Positions 1 to 8,170 are shown, counted from the stretch's first letter. The stretch: 20,837 bases of DNA from Candidatus Methylomirabilia bacterium (GCA_041492755.1 JBGPXN010000077.1:1-20837); one strand, 5' to 3'. The notes: a model not told the origin generated them from the sequence alone. Made by a program: numbers and translations.

Positions 1-1
1 A

Positions 2-72
2 GGAGTGCCCCGGCTTCGCCGGGGCGCTCCGAGCGTATGGGGGGTATGGGGGGCCATTTCGGGGCCCCCCAT
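2..72 (-). repeat. REP-like double-hairpin intergenic element, copy 1
   Basis: Hairpin A: GGAGTGCCCCGGC(2-14)/GCCGGGGCGCTCC(18-30). Hairpin B: ATGGGGGGCC(46-55)/GGCCCCCCAT(63-72). Positions 21-72 match 6471-6522 at 49/52 nt. Starts 2 nt after the stop of the minus-strand DegT gene. Confidence 0.85.
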
Positions 73-74
73 CT

Positions 75-1151
75 CTATCGGAAGAAGGCCTTCACCGCCG
101 CCACCACCTCGTCGATCTCCGCGTCCGTGTGATTGCCGGAGATCGGCAGCGACAGGATCTCGTCCACCAGCCGTTCGGTGTCCTCCAGTGGCGGCGGCTC
201 GAGACGCGCGAGGGCGGGCTGACGATGGCAGGGCACCGGATAGTGGATGCCGGTCTGGATCCCACGCGCCTTGAGGAACTCCGCGAGCTCGGCCCGGCGC
301 GGAGTGCGCACGACGTAGAGATGATAGACGTGCCGTCCGCCCGGTCGTTCTTGCGGCAGCACCAGCGGCAGCCCGGCCAGTCCCGACGCGTAGCGCGCGG
401 CAATCGCCCGGCGGCGCTCGTTCATGGCGTCGAGCCGCCGCAGCAGCACGCGACCGCCCGCAGCTTGCAGCTCGTTGAAGCGGAGGTTGAAGCCGACCTC
501 GACGTGGACGTCCTTGTTGAGCCGGCCGTGATCACGGATGCGCCGGCACCGGGCCGCGACGTCGTCGTCGCTGGTGACGATGCAGCCGCCGTCGCCCATG
601 ACGGCCAGGTTCTTCGAAGGATAGAAGGAGAAGGCGGCCGCCCGTCCGAAGCCACCGACCTTGCGATCGCCGTAGGCGGCACCGTGGGCCTGCGCGCAGT
701 CTTCCAGCACCCACAGCCCCGCCCGGTGCGCGATCTCCATGACCGCCGGCACGTCCACCGCCTGGCCGTAGAGGTGCACGGGCACGATACCGACGGTGCG
801 GGGAGTGATCTTCGCCTCGGCGTCCTTGGGATGCAGCGTGTACCAGTCGTCGGTGTCGACGAACACCGGCGTGGCTCCGGCGAAGCAGATGGCCTCGGCG
901 GTGGGAAAGGCGGTGTGCGACGGCACCAGGATCTCGTCACCGGCCTTGACGTCCAGCGCGCGGAGGATCATCCAGAGCGCGGCCGTGGCCGAGCTGGTGA
1001 GCACGGCGTGGCGCGCGCCGACGTAGGCGGCCAGCTCGACCTCGAACGCCTTGCACTGGGGACCGAGGATGTACTGGCGCGACTCGATGGCGGCGAGCAC
1101 CGCCTGCTTGAGCTCATCGTCGACGGTCGGACGGGACAGCGGAATCGTCAC
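75..1151 (-). CDS. DegT/DnrJ/EryC1/StrS family PLP-dependent sugar aminotransferase
   Basis: Motifs EDCAQAHG, SFYPSKNL (PLP lysine), GDGG, GFNLRFNELQAA, HVYHLYV, GIHYPVP. GTG start at 1151 overlaps the upstream TGA (GTGA coupling). The longer 1481 start overlaps the flavin reductase. Confidence 0.93.
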   Translation of the reverse strand: MTIPLSRPTVDDELKQAVLAAIESRQYILGPQCKAFEVELAAYVGARHAVLTSSATAALWMILRALDVKAGDEILVPSHTAFPTAEAICFAGATPVFVDTDDWYTLHPKDAEAKITPRTVGIVPVHLYGQAVDVPAVMEIAHRAGLWVLEDCAQAHGAAYGDRKVGGFGRAAAFSFYPSKNLAVMGDGGCIVTSDDDVAARCRRIRDHGRLNKDVHVEVGFNLRFNELQAAGGRVLLRRLDAMNERRRAIAARYASGLAGLPLVLPQERPGGRHVYHLYVVRTPRRAELAEFLKARGIQTGIHYPVPCHRQPALARLEPPPLEDTERLVDEILSLPISGNHTDAEIDEVVAAVKAFFR

Positions 1152-1630
1152 GGCGTCTCTCCTCGCAACCGGTTGTAGTGGCCGCCGAAATACAGCAGCG
1201 GCTCGCCCTTGGCGACGCGTGCCCGCTCGACCAGTCCGACGAAGATCGTGTGGTCGCCCTCGACGTACATCGCCCGCACCGTGCACTCGAGCTGGGCGAG
1301 CGCGCCGTCGATCAGGGGGACGCCGCGCTCGTTCATCGAGTGCGGGACCCCGTCGAACTTGTCGAGCCGGGTGCCGGCGAAGCGGCGCGACAGCGCCTCC
1401 TGCTCGGTGCAGAGGACGTTGACGGCGAAGCAGCCACGCTCGCGCATCGACGGGTAGCTCTGGGATTTGTGGTCCACACACACGAGGATGAGCGGCGGAT
1501 CGAGCGACAGGGACGTGAAGGCGCTGGCCGTGAGGCCGGTGGGACGCCCGTCGGCATCACAGGTGGTGATGACCGTGACGCCGCTTGCGAACTGGCTGAG
1601 GACGGAACGGAAATCGTCCGGGCCGATCAC
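1148..1630 (-). CDS. Flavin reductase family protein (HpaC/RutF-like)
   Basis: FRSVLSQFASGVTVIT, GLTASAFTSLSLDPPLILVCV, FAVNVL, GDHTIFVG, PLLY motifs. Confidence 0.93.
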   Translation of the reverse strand: MIGPDDFRSVLSQFASGVTVITTCDADGRPTGLTASAFTSLSLDPPLILVCVDHKSQSYPSMRERGCFAVNVLCTEQEALSRRFAGTRLDKFDGVPHSMNERGVPLIDGALAQLECTVRAMYVEGDHTIFVGLVERARVAKGEPLLYFGGHYNRLRGETP

Positions 1631-1700
1631 CGTCTTTACATATCACAAAACCGCGGAAAAGCGAGGACGGACCCGGGCGGACTGGGAAGTCCCGTTCCCG

Positions 1701-1728
1701 TTGCGCGAACAAGTCCGTCCTGTATAGT
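1701..1728 (+). promoter_or_regulatory. Putative sigma70 promoter of the mrp operon
   Basis: TTGCGC(1701-1706)-16 nt-TATAGT(1723-1728), 9 nt before ATG 1738, no Shine-Dalgarno. Confidence 0.5.
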
Positions 1729-1737
1729 GGGCGCCGT

Positions 1738-2850
1738 ATGGTGAGCGAGCCGGCAATCCTCCAGGCCCTGCGAGGTATCCGCGACCCCGAGAGCCAGACC
1801 GACATCGTCAGCCTCGGCCTCGTGCAGGATCTCGAGATCCACGACTCCGAGGTCCACTTCACGCTCGCGTTCACCACCCAGCCTGCCAGCTCGAAGGCCA
1901 CCATGCACAGCATGGCCTCGCGTGCCGTGGGCCAGGTGCCCGGGGTGGCGCGGGTTCATGTGAAGATGGGCAGTGGTGTCCAGCCGGCGCGCGTGCCCCA
2001 GCCGCAGGCCCAGGGGCATGGTCACGGTCACGGTGGTCCGGGGCCGGCGGCGGCCGAGGTCATTCCCGAGGTCAAGTACACGGTGGCCGTCTCGTCCGGC
2101 AAGGGCGGGGTCGGCAAGTCGACGGTTGCCGTGAACCTCGCGCTCGCGCTGCGGAGCACCGGCGCCACCGTCGGCATCATCGACTCCGACGTCTACGGTC
2201 CCGACGTGCCCCTCATGCTGGGCGCCAAGGGCAAGCCGGGGATGTTCGACAACCGGATCATCCCCGTCGAGGCGCACGGGCTGAAGATGATGTCGATCGG
2301 CCTGCTCGTGAACGAGCGCGAGCCGCTGGTCTGGCGCGGACCCATGATCCACTCGTTCATCCAGCAGATGCTCAAGGACGTCATGTGGGGCGCGCTGGAC
2401 TATCTGATCTTCGACATGCCGCCGGGCACCGGCGACGCCCAGCTCTCGCTCTCGCAGGTCATCCCCCTCAGCGGCGTGGTCATGGTCACCACGCCGCAGG
2501 ACGTGGCGCTGCTCGACGTGCGCAAGGCGATCGGGATGTTCCAGCGCCTGAACGTCCCCATCCTCGGCATCGTCGAGAACATGAGCACGTTCGTGTGCCC
2601 GCACTGCTCGAAGGCGACGCCCATCTTCGGGAGCGAGGGCGGGCAGCAGATCGCCCGCGAGTACAACGTGCCGCTCCTGGCCCAGCTGCCGCTCGACCCC
2701 GAGACGCGGATTGGCGGCGACGAGGGCGCGCCCATCACCGTGCGCCGCCCCGACTCCGCGGCGGCGCTCGCGTTCCGCCAGCTCGCCGAGGTGGTCAAGG
2801 GCCGGCTCCAGGAGATCGGCGGGCTCGGCGCGTTGCCCCGCATCAGCTGA
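1738..2850 (+). CDS. mrp: Mrp/NBP35 (ApbC) Fe-S cluster carrier ATPase with N-terminal DUF59-like domain
   Basis: Deviant Walker A SGKGGVGKST, DSDVYGP, WRGPM, DMPPGTGD, VTTPQ, GIVENMS and CPHC. Confidence 0.95.
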   Translation: MVSEPAILQALRGIRDPESQTDIVSLGLVQDLEIHDSEVHFTLAFTTQPASSKATMHSMASRAVGQVPGVARVHVKMGSGVQPARVPQPQAQGHGHGHGGPGPAAAEVIPEVKYTVAVSSGKGGVGKSTVAVNLALALRSTGATVGIIDSDVYGPDVPLMLGAKGKPGMFDNRIIPVEAHGLKMMSIGLLVNEREPLVWRGPMIHSFIQQMLKDVMWGALDYLIFDMPPGTGDAQLSLSQVIPLSGVVMVTTPQDVALLDVRKAIGMFQRLNVPILGIVENMSTFVCPHCSKATPIFGSEGGQQIAREYNVPLLAQLPLDPETRIGGDEGAPITVRRPDSAAALAFRQLAEVVKGRLQEIGGLGALPRIS

Positions 2851-2859
2851 CCGGCCAGG

Positions 2860-3507
2860 GTGTCCTCCTCGCCGGCCGCCCCCCGCGTTCTCCCGATCTT
2901 TCCGCTGCCGGACGTGACGCTGTTCCCCCACACGATGCTGCCGTTGCACATCTTCGAAGCGCGCTACCGTGCGATGGTGACGGACGCGCTCTCGCGTGAC
3001 CGCCGGCTCGCCGTGGTGATGCTCAAGCCGGGGTACGAGACGCACTACGAGGGCAAACCCGCCGTGCAGGAGATCGCCGGCGCGGGTGAGATCGTGAAGT
3101 GGGAGCGGCTCCCGACCGGGCGCTACAACATGCTCGTGCAGGGCCGCTGGCGCGTTCGCATCGCGCGCGAGCTGCCGACGGACACGCTCTATCGCATGGT
3201 GCGGGTGGACGTCCTCGAGGACGTGGCCGGCTCGGCCGACGTCGCTCCGCTCGTGCGTCGGGTCCGCGAAACGTGCCGCACCGTGCTCGCGGCGCTCGAT
3301 CGCCCGCGCGATCTGCTCGACACCGCGCTCGGCGGCGACGCGACGCCCGGCGTCGTCGCCGACCGGGTGGCGGCCGCGTTCCTGCCCGACGCCGGCGTGC
3401 GCCAGGAGCTGCTCGAGACGACCGACGTGAGCCGGCGGCTCACGCGGCTGGTGGCCGCCCTCGACGCGCTTGCCAACGAGCTGAAAGGACCCGGCAGTGG
3501 TGGTTGA
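2860..3507 (+). CDS. LON peptidase substrate-binding (N-terminal) domain protein
   Basis: LPIFPLPDVTLFPHTMLPLHIFEARYRAMV and RQELLE..DV..RL signatures; no AAA or protease domain. Confidence 0.9.
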   Translation: MSSSPAAPRVLPIFPLPDVTLFPHTMLPLHIFEARYRAMVTDALSRDRRLAVVMLKPGYETHYEGKPAVQEIAGAGEIVKWERLPTGRYNMLVQGRWRVRIARELPTDTLYRMVRVDVLEDVAGSADVAPLVRRVRETCRTVLAALDRPRDLLDTALGGDATPGVVADRVAAAFLPDAGVRQELLETTDVSRRLTRLVAALDALANELKGPGSGG

Positions 3508-4264
3508 TCGCGGGCTCGTCCGTGGGCTCGTTCTCGCCCTCGTGCTGCTGGCGACGCTGGCCACGTCGGCCGGCGCGCGGTCGTGGGCGTGGCTCGGCGT
3601 GCGGATTCGTGACCTGACCGAGCAGGAGATGGAAGAGCTGGCCAAGCGTCACGGTATCCGCGAGGGATTCGGGGTCGTGATCGTCGAGGTGCTCGAAGGC
3701 GCGCCCGCGGCGCGGGCCGGCATCAAGAACGGCGACGTCGTGGTCGCGTTCGAAGACCGTCCCGTCGTGGAGACCCGCCTGCTGCAGCGGCTCATCGCCG
3801 CCTCCCCGACCGACGCCGACACGCGCCTCATCGTGCTGCGCCCCGAAGGCCGGCGCCAGGTCCGGGTCCGCCTCGGCTCCATGCCGCGCGAAGTCGCGGG
3901 CGACCGGGTCGCCGCGGAATTCGGCTTCGTGCTGCGCGAGCCGCCGGAGCCGCCGGGTGCGCTGCGGGCCACACCGCCACGCTCGACGGTGCCATTTCCT
4001 CCGTCGACTCCCTCGGCGCCGTCCGCTCCATCTGGATCGAGCCTCAGTGGTGGCGCCCCGGCGGTCGCCGTCGTGCTGCGGGGTGGGGTGGCGGAGAAGG
4101 CCGGGCTCGAGGTGGGCGACGTGATCGTCCAGATCGCCGACCGCGACGTCCTCGACCGGGATGCCGCCCGCGAGGTGCTCGCCGATGCGGCGCTCGATCG
4201 TCCGCTCGTGGTCGCGGTGCGCCGGGGTGATCGGCGCCTCGCCCTCACGCTCGCTCCTCCCTGA
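3497..4264 (+). CDS. Exported tandem-PDZ domain protein (HtrA-like PDZ pair, no protease domain)
   Basis: N-terminal hydrophobic signal ending AGA; WLGV, PAARAGIKNGDVV and AEKAGLEVGDVI PDZ motifs separated by a Pro/Ser linker. Start could be 3497 or 3500. Confidence 0.85.
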   Translation: MVVDRGLVRGLVLALVLLATLATSAGARSWAWLGVRIRDLTEQEMEELAKRHGIREGFGVVIVEVLEGAPAARAGIKNGDVVVAFEDRPVVETRLLQRLIAASPTDADTRLIVLRPEGRRQVRVRLGSMPREVAGDRVAAEFGFVLREPPEPPGALRATPPRSTVPFPPSTPSAPSAPSGSSLSGGAPAVAVVLRGGVAEKAGLEVGDVIVQIADRDVLDRDAAREVLADAALDRPLVVAVRRGDRRLALTLAPP

Positions 4265-4330
4265 CTGCCGGGCGGGGGTGGCCTGCCGCGCCGCCTCCGG
4301 CGCGGGCTATCCGTGTAGTAAAATCTGCGC

Positions 4331-4423
4331 ATGAAGCTCGACGGCAACCTCATCACGGCCCGCAAGCCCGACGATCTGCCGGCCTTCTGCCGCGCGATCG
4401 TGGGCGCGCTCGCCAGGAGCTGA
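4331..4423 (+). pseudogene. PfpI/DJ-1 (type 1 glutamine amidotransferase-like) remnant with large internal deletion
   Basis: 30-aa ORF MKLDGNLITARKPDDLPAFCRAIVGALARS: a PfpI-like start (MKL.G) fused to the PfpI C-terminal motif DGNLITxRxPDDLPAF. TAAAAT at 4319-4324 lies 6 nt before the ATG. Confidence 0.8.
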
Positions 4424-4505
4424 TCGCCATCCCATCGCACGCGTGCCGGGAGACCGGCCCCCCGGCGCGCCGTTCGAGCCTGCCGGCCGGTCGGGAGCTC
4501 ACGGC

Positions 4506-6263
4506 GTGATCGTTCTCGGCATCAACGAGACGCATTGTGCAACCGCGGCCATCCTCCGCGACGGCGCCATCGTCGCCTGCGCCTCCGAGGAGCGGTTCTC
4601 GCGGCTGAAGAACGACGCGGGCTATCCCCGCCGGGCCGTCGACGCACTGCTCGCCCAGCTCGGACTCTCCCCGGCCGCCATCGACCTCGTCGCCCTCGCC
4701 GGCGCGCGCGCGCTCGACCGCGACTGGATGAACCGCGTCCTCTACGATCGCGCCTACGCCCGCGGCTACTACGGCGTGCGGCTGGATGAGCCGGGACGCG
4801 GGCTGGGTCGGCGCGCGCGCAAGCTGGGGGCGCGGCTCGGAATCGCGGCGACCGCGCGGGGCAAGTCGGGGTTGTCGGCCGAGACGCGGCTGGGCTTCGT
4901 CACCGAGCACCTCGGGCTCCCGGCCGAGCGCGTCGTCACCCTCGACCACCACACCTGCCACGCGGCGGCCGCGTACTTCGGCGCGCCGTTCGCGGGCGCC
5001 CCGGCCCTCGTGCTCACCAACGACAACGCCGGCGACGGCCTGTGCGCGACCGCGTCGACGGGCCGCGACGGCGCGCTCGAGCGGCACGAGGCGACGCCGA
5101 GCGCGCCGGGGTCGCTCGGCTCGTTCTACTCGTTCGTCACGCTGCTGCTCGGCATGACGTTCGGCGAGCACGAGTACAAGGTCATGGGCCTGGCGCCGTA
5201 CGCGCCGACGGCGGGCACCGAGCGCTCGGTCACCGCGCTGCGCCGCGTGTTCGATCTCGCGGTGGACCGGCCGTGCCGGTTCGCGTGGAAGAAGCGCGGA
5301 CCCCGCTATCGACTGCTGCTCGAGGCCACGCTCGGCCATCGCTTCGACGCCGTCGCCGGCGGCGCCCAGCGCCTGCTCGAAGAGGCGTTGATCGGCTGGG
5401 CTCGCGTCATGCGCGAGCGCTACGGCGGGGACCGGCTCGCCCTCGGGGGCGGGGTCTTCATGAACGTGAAGGCCAACATGCTGCTCGCGGCGGAGGAGTG
5501 GGTGCGCGAGTTGTTCGTGTTCCCGTCGTGCGGCGACGAGTCCAACGCGGTAGGCGCCGCCTATCTCGGGTACCTCGAGCTCTGCCAGCGCGCCGGAACG
5601 GCGCCGGTGACGCAGCCGCTGGGCCCGGCCTATCTCGGCCCCGAGCTCGACGACGCCGAAGCGGAAGCGGTCATCCGCACGCAGGATCTCGGCGCGCGGC
5701 ATCGGGTGAGCGAGCCGCCCTCGGTCGAGGAGAAGATCGCCGAGCTGCTGGTGAGCGACGGTGTGGTTGCCCGCTGCGCGGGACGGATGGAATTCGGGGC
5801 GCGCGCGCTCGGCAACCGCTCGATCCTGGCCAACCCATCGGACGGGCGGGTGGTCGGACTCATCAACCGGATGATCAAGAACCGGGACTTCTGGATGCCG
5901 TTCGCGCCCTCCGTGCTGCGCGAGCGCGAGGGGGATTACCTCGTCAATCCCAAAGGGCTGGCGTCGCCGTACATGATGCTGGCGTTCGCCACCAACCCCA
6001 AGCACCGTGACGAGATCGCCGCCGCCGTGCATCCACACGACGGCACGGCGCGCGCGCACATCGTGGACTCAGCCGGGAACCCCGCCTATCACCGGGTGAT
6101 CCGCGAGTTCGAGCGCCGCACCGGGATCGGCGCCGTGCTCAACACCTCGTTCAACCTGCACGGCGAGCCGCTCGTCAGCTCTGCCGAGGACGCCGTCGAC
6201 ACGTTCGAGCGCTCCGGCCTGCCGCATCTCGCTCTCGGTCGTTTCTTGATCTCCAAGCGCTGA
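4506..6263 (+). CDS. O-carbamoyltransferase, NodU/CmcH/TobZ family
   Basis: EERFSRLKN, DHHTCHAAAA, EYKVMGLAPY, GGVFMNVKAN, GRMEFGARALGNRSILANP, PFAPS, LNTSFNLHGEP. Start taken as GTG 4506 (VIVLGI). Confidence 0.93.
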   Translation: MIVLGINETHCATAAILRDGAIVACASEERFSRLKNDAGYPRRAVDALLAQLGLSPAAIDLVALAGARALDRDWMNRVLYDRAYARGYYGVRLDEPGRGLGRRARKLGARLGIAATARGKSGLSAETRLGFVTEHLGLPAERVVTLDHHTCHAAAAYFGAPFAGAPALVLTNDNAGDGLCATASTGRDGALERHEATPSAPGSLGSFYSFVTLLLGMTFGEHEYKVMGLAPYAPTAGTERSVTALRRVFDLAVDRPCRFAWKKRGPRYRLLLEATLGHRFDAVAGGAQRLLEEALIGWARVMRERYGGDRLALGGGVFMNVKANMLLAAEEWVRELFVFPSCGDESNAVGAAYLGYLELCQRAGTAPVTQPLGPAYLGPELDDAEAEAVIRTQDLGARHRVSEPPSVEEKIAELLVSDGVVARCAGRMEFGARALGNRSILANPSDGRVVGLINRMIKNRDFWMPFAPSVLREREGDYLVNPKGLASPYMMLAFATNPKHRDEIAAAVHPHDGTARAHIVDSAGNPAYHRVIREFERRTGIGAVLNTSFNLHGEPLVSSAEDAVDTFERSGLPHLALGRFLISKR

Positions 6264-6371
6264 CCCCGGTCCGCCGTCCGGCGCCGCCGGCACGCGGGCG
6301 ATGATCGAAGCGCCTGGCGAATCAGGCGATGCTACGAACGGCGTGCCGCCCCGGGGTGGGCTGGTCGTCGG

Positions 6372-6437
6372 TCAGGCTGCCGAGCTCGAGCGGTCGTAGA
6401 AGCGGCCACCGCACTGCAGGCACCGGTAGGGCCGTCT
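6372..6437 (-). pseudogene. C-terminal remnant of a small zinc-ribbon-type protein
   Basis: Reads RRPYRCLQCGGRFYDRSSSAA* with no in-frame start; the 5' side runs directly into the repeat element. Confidence 0.45.
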
Positions 6438-6450
6438 GGGGGGGTATCGA

Positions 6451-6522
6451 GGCGCGCCACGGGTTCCCCGGGGGCGCGCCGAGCGTCTGGGGGGTATGGG
6501 GGGCCATATCGGGGCCCCCCAT
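6451..6522 (-). repeat. REP-like double-hairpin intergenic element, copy 2
   Basis: Hairpin A has GGCGCGCC(6451-6458)/GGCGCGCC(6473-6480) arms. Hairpin B is ATGGGGGGCC/GGCCCCCCAT. 49/52 identity to 21-72. Starts 4 nt after the stop of the Bax-inhibitor gene. Confidence 0.85.
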
Positions 6523-6526
6523 GTAC

Positions 6527-7216
6527 TTAATCCCGGCGGCCGGTAAACCGCAGCAGCATGAGGAACAGGTTCACGAAGTCCAGGTAGAGCGAGAGGGCGC
6601 CGACGACCGCGTAGGCGCCAACCTGGCCGTCGGGCAGGGCCAACGCCATCTGCTTCAGGCGCTGAGCGTCATAGGCGGTCAGCCCCGTGAAGACGATGAC
6701 CCCGACGACCGAGATCAGGAACTGCAGGGCGTCGTTCTGCCAGAACAGGCCGACGATCGAGGCCAGGACGATCCCGATCAGACCCATGAAGAAGAACTGA
6801 CCGGCCCCGGCCAGACTGCGCCGCGTGGTCGAGCCCCACAGGGCGATTGCCCCGAACATTCCGGCCGTGATCATGAACGTCGTGGCCACCGACTCGCCGG
6901 TGTAGGCGAGCAGCACGGCCGACAACGTCACGCCGTTGAGCGCCGAGTAGAGCCCGAAGAGCCCGGCGGCGACCTGCGGCGTCAGCCGGTCGACCCGCGC
7001 CGAGAGATAGAAGACCAGTCCAAGCTCCGCGATGAGCATACCGAAGAAGACCAGGCGATTGCCGACCAGGGCTCTGAAGAGCGCCGGCGAGCCGGCCACG
7101 ACGTACGCGACGCTCGCCGTGATCCCCAGGCCGATGAACATCCAGGCGTAGACCTTCCAGAGGAACGCCGAGACCCGTTCCGCTGCGGCTGTCGAACTCG
7201 TCGTCGTGTAGTCCAT
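6527..7216 (-). CDS. Bax inhibitor-1/YccA family membrane protein
   Basis: About seven hydrophobic segments; FLWKVYAWM, TAYDAQRLK, GALSLYLDFVNLFLMLLR motifs; AGGAGG RBS and TAGAAT box upstream. Confidence 0.93.
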   Translation of the reverse strand: MDYTTTSSTAAAERVSAFLWKVYAWMFIGLGITASVAYVVAGSPALFRALVGNRLVFFGMLIAELGLVFYLSARVDRLTPQVAAGLFGLYSALNGVTLSAVLLAYTGESVATTFMITAGMFGAIALWGSTTRRSLAGAGQFFFMGLIGIVLASIVGLFWQNDALQFLISVVGVIVFTGLTAYDAQRLKQMALALPDGQVGAYAVVGALSLYLDFVNLFLMLLRFTGRRD

Positions 7217-7297
7217 GGCCTCCTCCTTTCCCCCATTCTACAGGCGATCAACGAGGCGGAGACCCTGGGGTTCTCCCGGATCACGGGCCCATCTCCG

Positions 7298-7313
7298 AGG
7301 CATGTCCATTGCA
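7298..7313 (+). promoter_or_regulatory. Putative sigma54 (-24/-12) promoter
   Basis: AGGCATGTCCATTGCA: GG(7299-7300)-N10-GC(7311-7312), close to the TGGCAC-N5-TTGCW consensus, about 40 nt before ATG 7355. Confidence 0.65.
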
Positions 7314-7354
7314 CCTCTTGCCCTCGAAAGATCCGAAGGAGAGGAGATCATGCA

Positions 7355-7567
7355 ATGAAGACACGTTTGATGACTCCGTTCGTCGGGCTCTCGCTGCTGG
7401 CGCTCGTTGCCACCGGCTGCGGCACGGTGACCGGGGCTGGCGTGGGCGCCGGGGCGGGTGCGGCGGTTGGCGCCGGGACCGGCTACGGCGCGGGCAAAGG
7501 CGCGCTCATCGGCGCCGGCGTCGGCGCGGCCGCGGGCGCAATCTACGACATCACCAAGAAGAACTAG
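7355..7567 (+). CDS. Small glycine-zipper lipoprotein (70 aa)
   Basis: GAGGAG RBS; basic N-terminus, hydrophobic core, lipobox VATG-C, then GxxxG repeats (GAGVGAGAGAAVG...GALIGAGVGAAAGAIYD). Confidence 0.85.
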   Translation: MKTRLMTPFVGLSLLALVATGCGTVTGAGVGAGAGAAVGAGTGYGAGKGALIGAGVGAAAGAIYDITKKN

Positions 7568-7576
7568 GAGACGACG

Positions 7577-7864
7577 ATGAACCGGATCGCACTGACGGCC
7601 GTCGCGGCTTTTTCGGTGGCCCTCGTCGGCTTCGGCGGGCCAGCCATGGCCCAGATGCAGCAGCAGCCGAAAGACACCCAGCCGTCGGCCTCGCCGGCGG
7701 GCGCTCCGCACAAGATCGAGGGCACCGTGATGGCCATCGATCAGCAGAGCGGTACCGTGACGTTGCGGGGCAGCGATGGGCAGACGCATTCCTTCAAGGG
7801 CGATTCCGAGACGCTGAAGGACCTGAAAGTCGGCGACACGCTCGAGCTGAACAAGCGCAAGTAG
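7577..7864 (+). CDS. Small secreted protein, probable OB-fold-like beta domain
   Basis: AGGAG RBS; signal peptide ending AMA-Q; IEGTVMAID...VTL...LKDLKVGDTLEL pattern. Confidence 0.8.
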   Translation: MNRIALTAVAAFSVALVGFGGPAMAQMQQQPKDTQPSASPAGAPHKIEGTVMAIDQQSGTVTLRGSDGQTHSFKGDSETLKDLKVGDTLELNKRK

Positions 7865-7941
7865 AGGCGCTGATCGCGCGGCGGGCGCTTGGCGGCAACG
7901 ACCCTCGTCGCCGGCGCCCGCCTCCACTGACGGAGGCCCGT

Positions 7942-8154
7942 ATGGGCGCTGGCCCCTGGCCGGGGCGATCCTGGTCGCGCTCGCGCCCGGACTCATCGTC
8001 GCCGGAGTCCCGCTCGCCATTGCGCGGTGGCGCTGGCGCGCACGGTGTCAGTTCCTCGATGCACGGGTGGGGGTGCTGGAGAAAGGCCCAGGCCGAGCGC
8101 GAGGCGGCGCTCGCCAGGCCGCCGCCGATGCCGCCGATCCGCCAGGCTTCCTGA
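7942..8154 (+). pseudogene. LapA/DUF1049-like membrane protein remnant (N-terminal deletion and frameshift)
   Basis: GGAGG RBS then ATG 7942. A shifted frame reads PLAGAILVALAPGLIVAGVPLAIARWRWRARCQFLDARVGVLEK, then a frameshift near 8081-8086 gives AQAEREAALARPPPMPPIRQAS*. TM helix plus coiled tail resembles the LapA C-half. Confidence 0.5.
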
Positions 8155-8170
8155 GGACGCCGAGGCCGGC

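Noticed and set aside
5..274. ORFs sharing the peptide GAPSVWGVWGAISGPP (also within 6329-7567) and ORF 6322-6522
   Set aside because: These are translations of the DNA repeat element, not a protein domain.
1636..3645. Long antisense and alternate-frame ORFs (e.g. 1636-3645, 4353-6059, 14324-16279, 129-1178)
   Set aside because: Shadow ORFs of well-supported genes in high-GC DNA; Arg/Ala/Pro-rich with no motifs.
2..6522. CRISPR array or rho-independent terminator interpretation of the repeat
   Set aside because: The copies are dispersed with no regular spacers or cas genes, and no U-tract follows the hairpins.
7880..7922. GC-rich hairpin after the secreted-protein gene, and an inverted repeat at 12081-12124
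   Set aside because: No U-tract, and such stems are expected by chance at this GC content.
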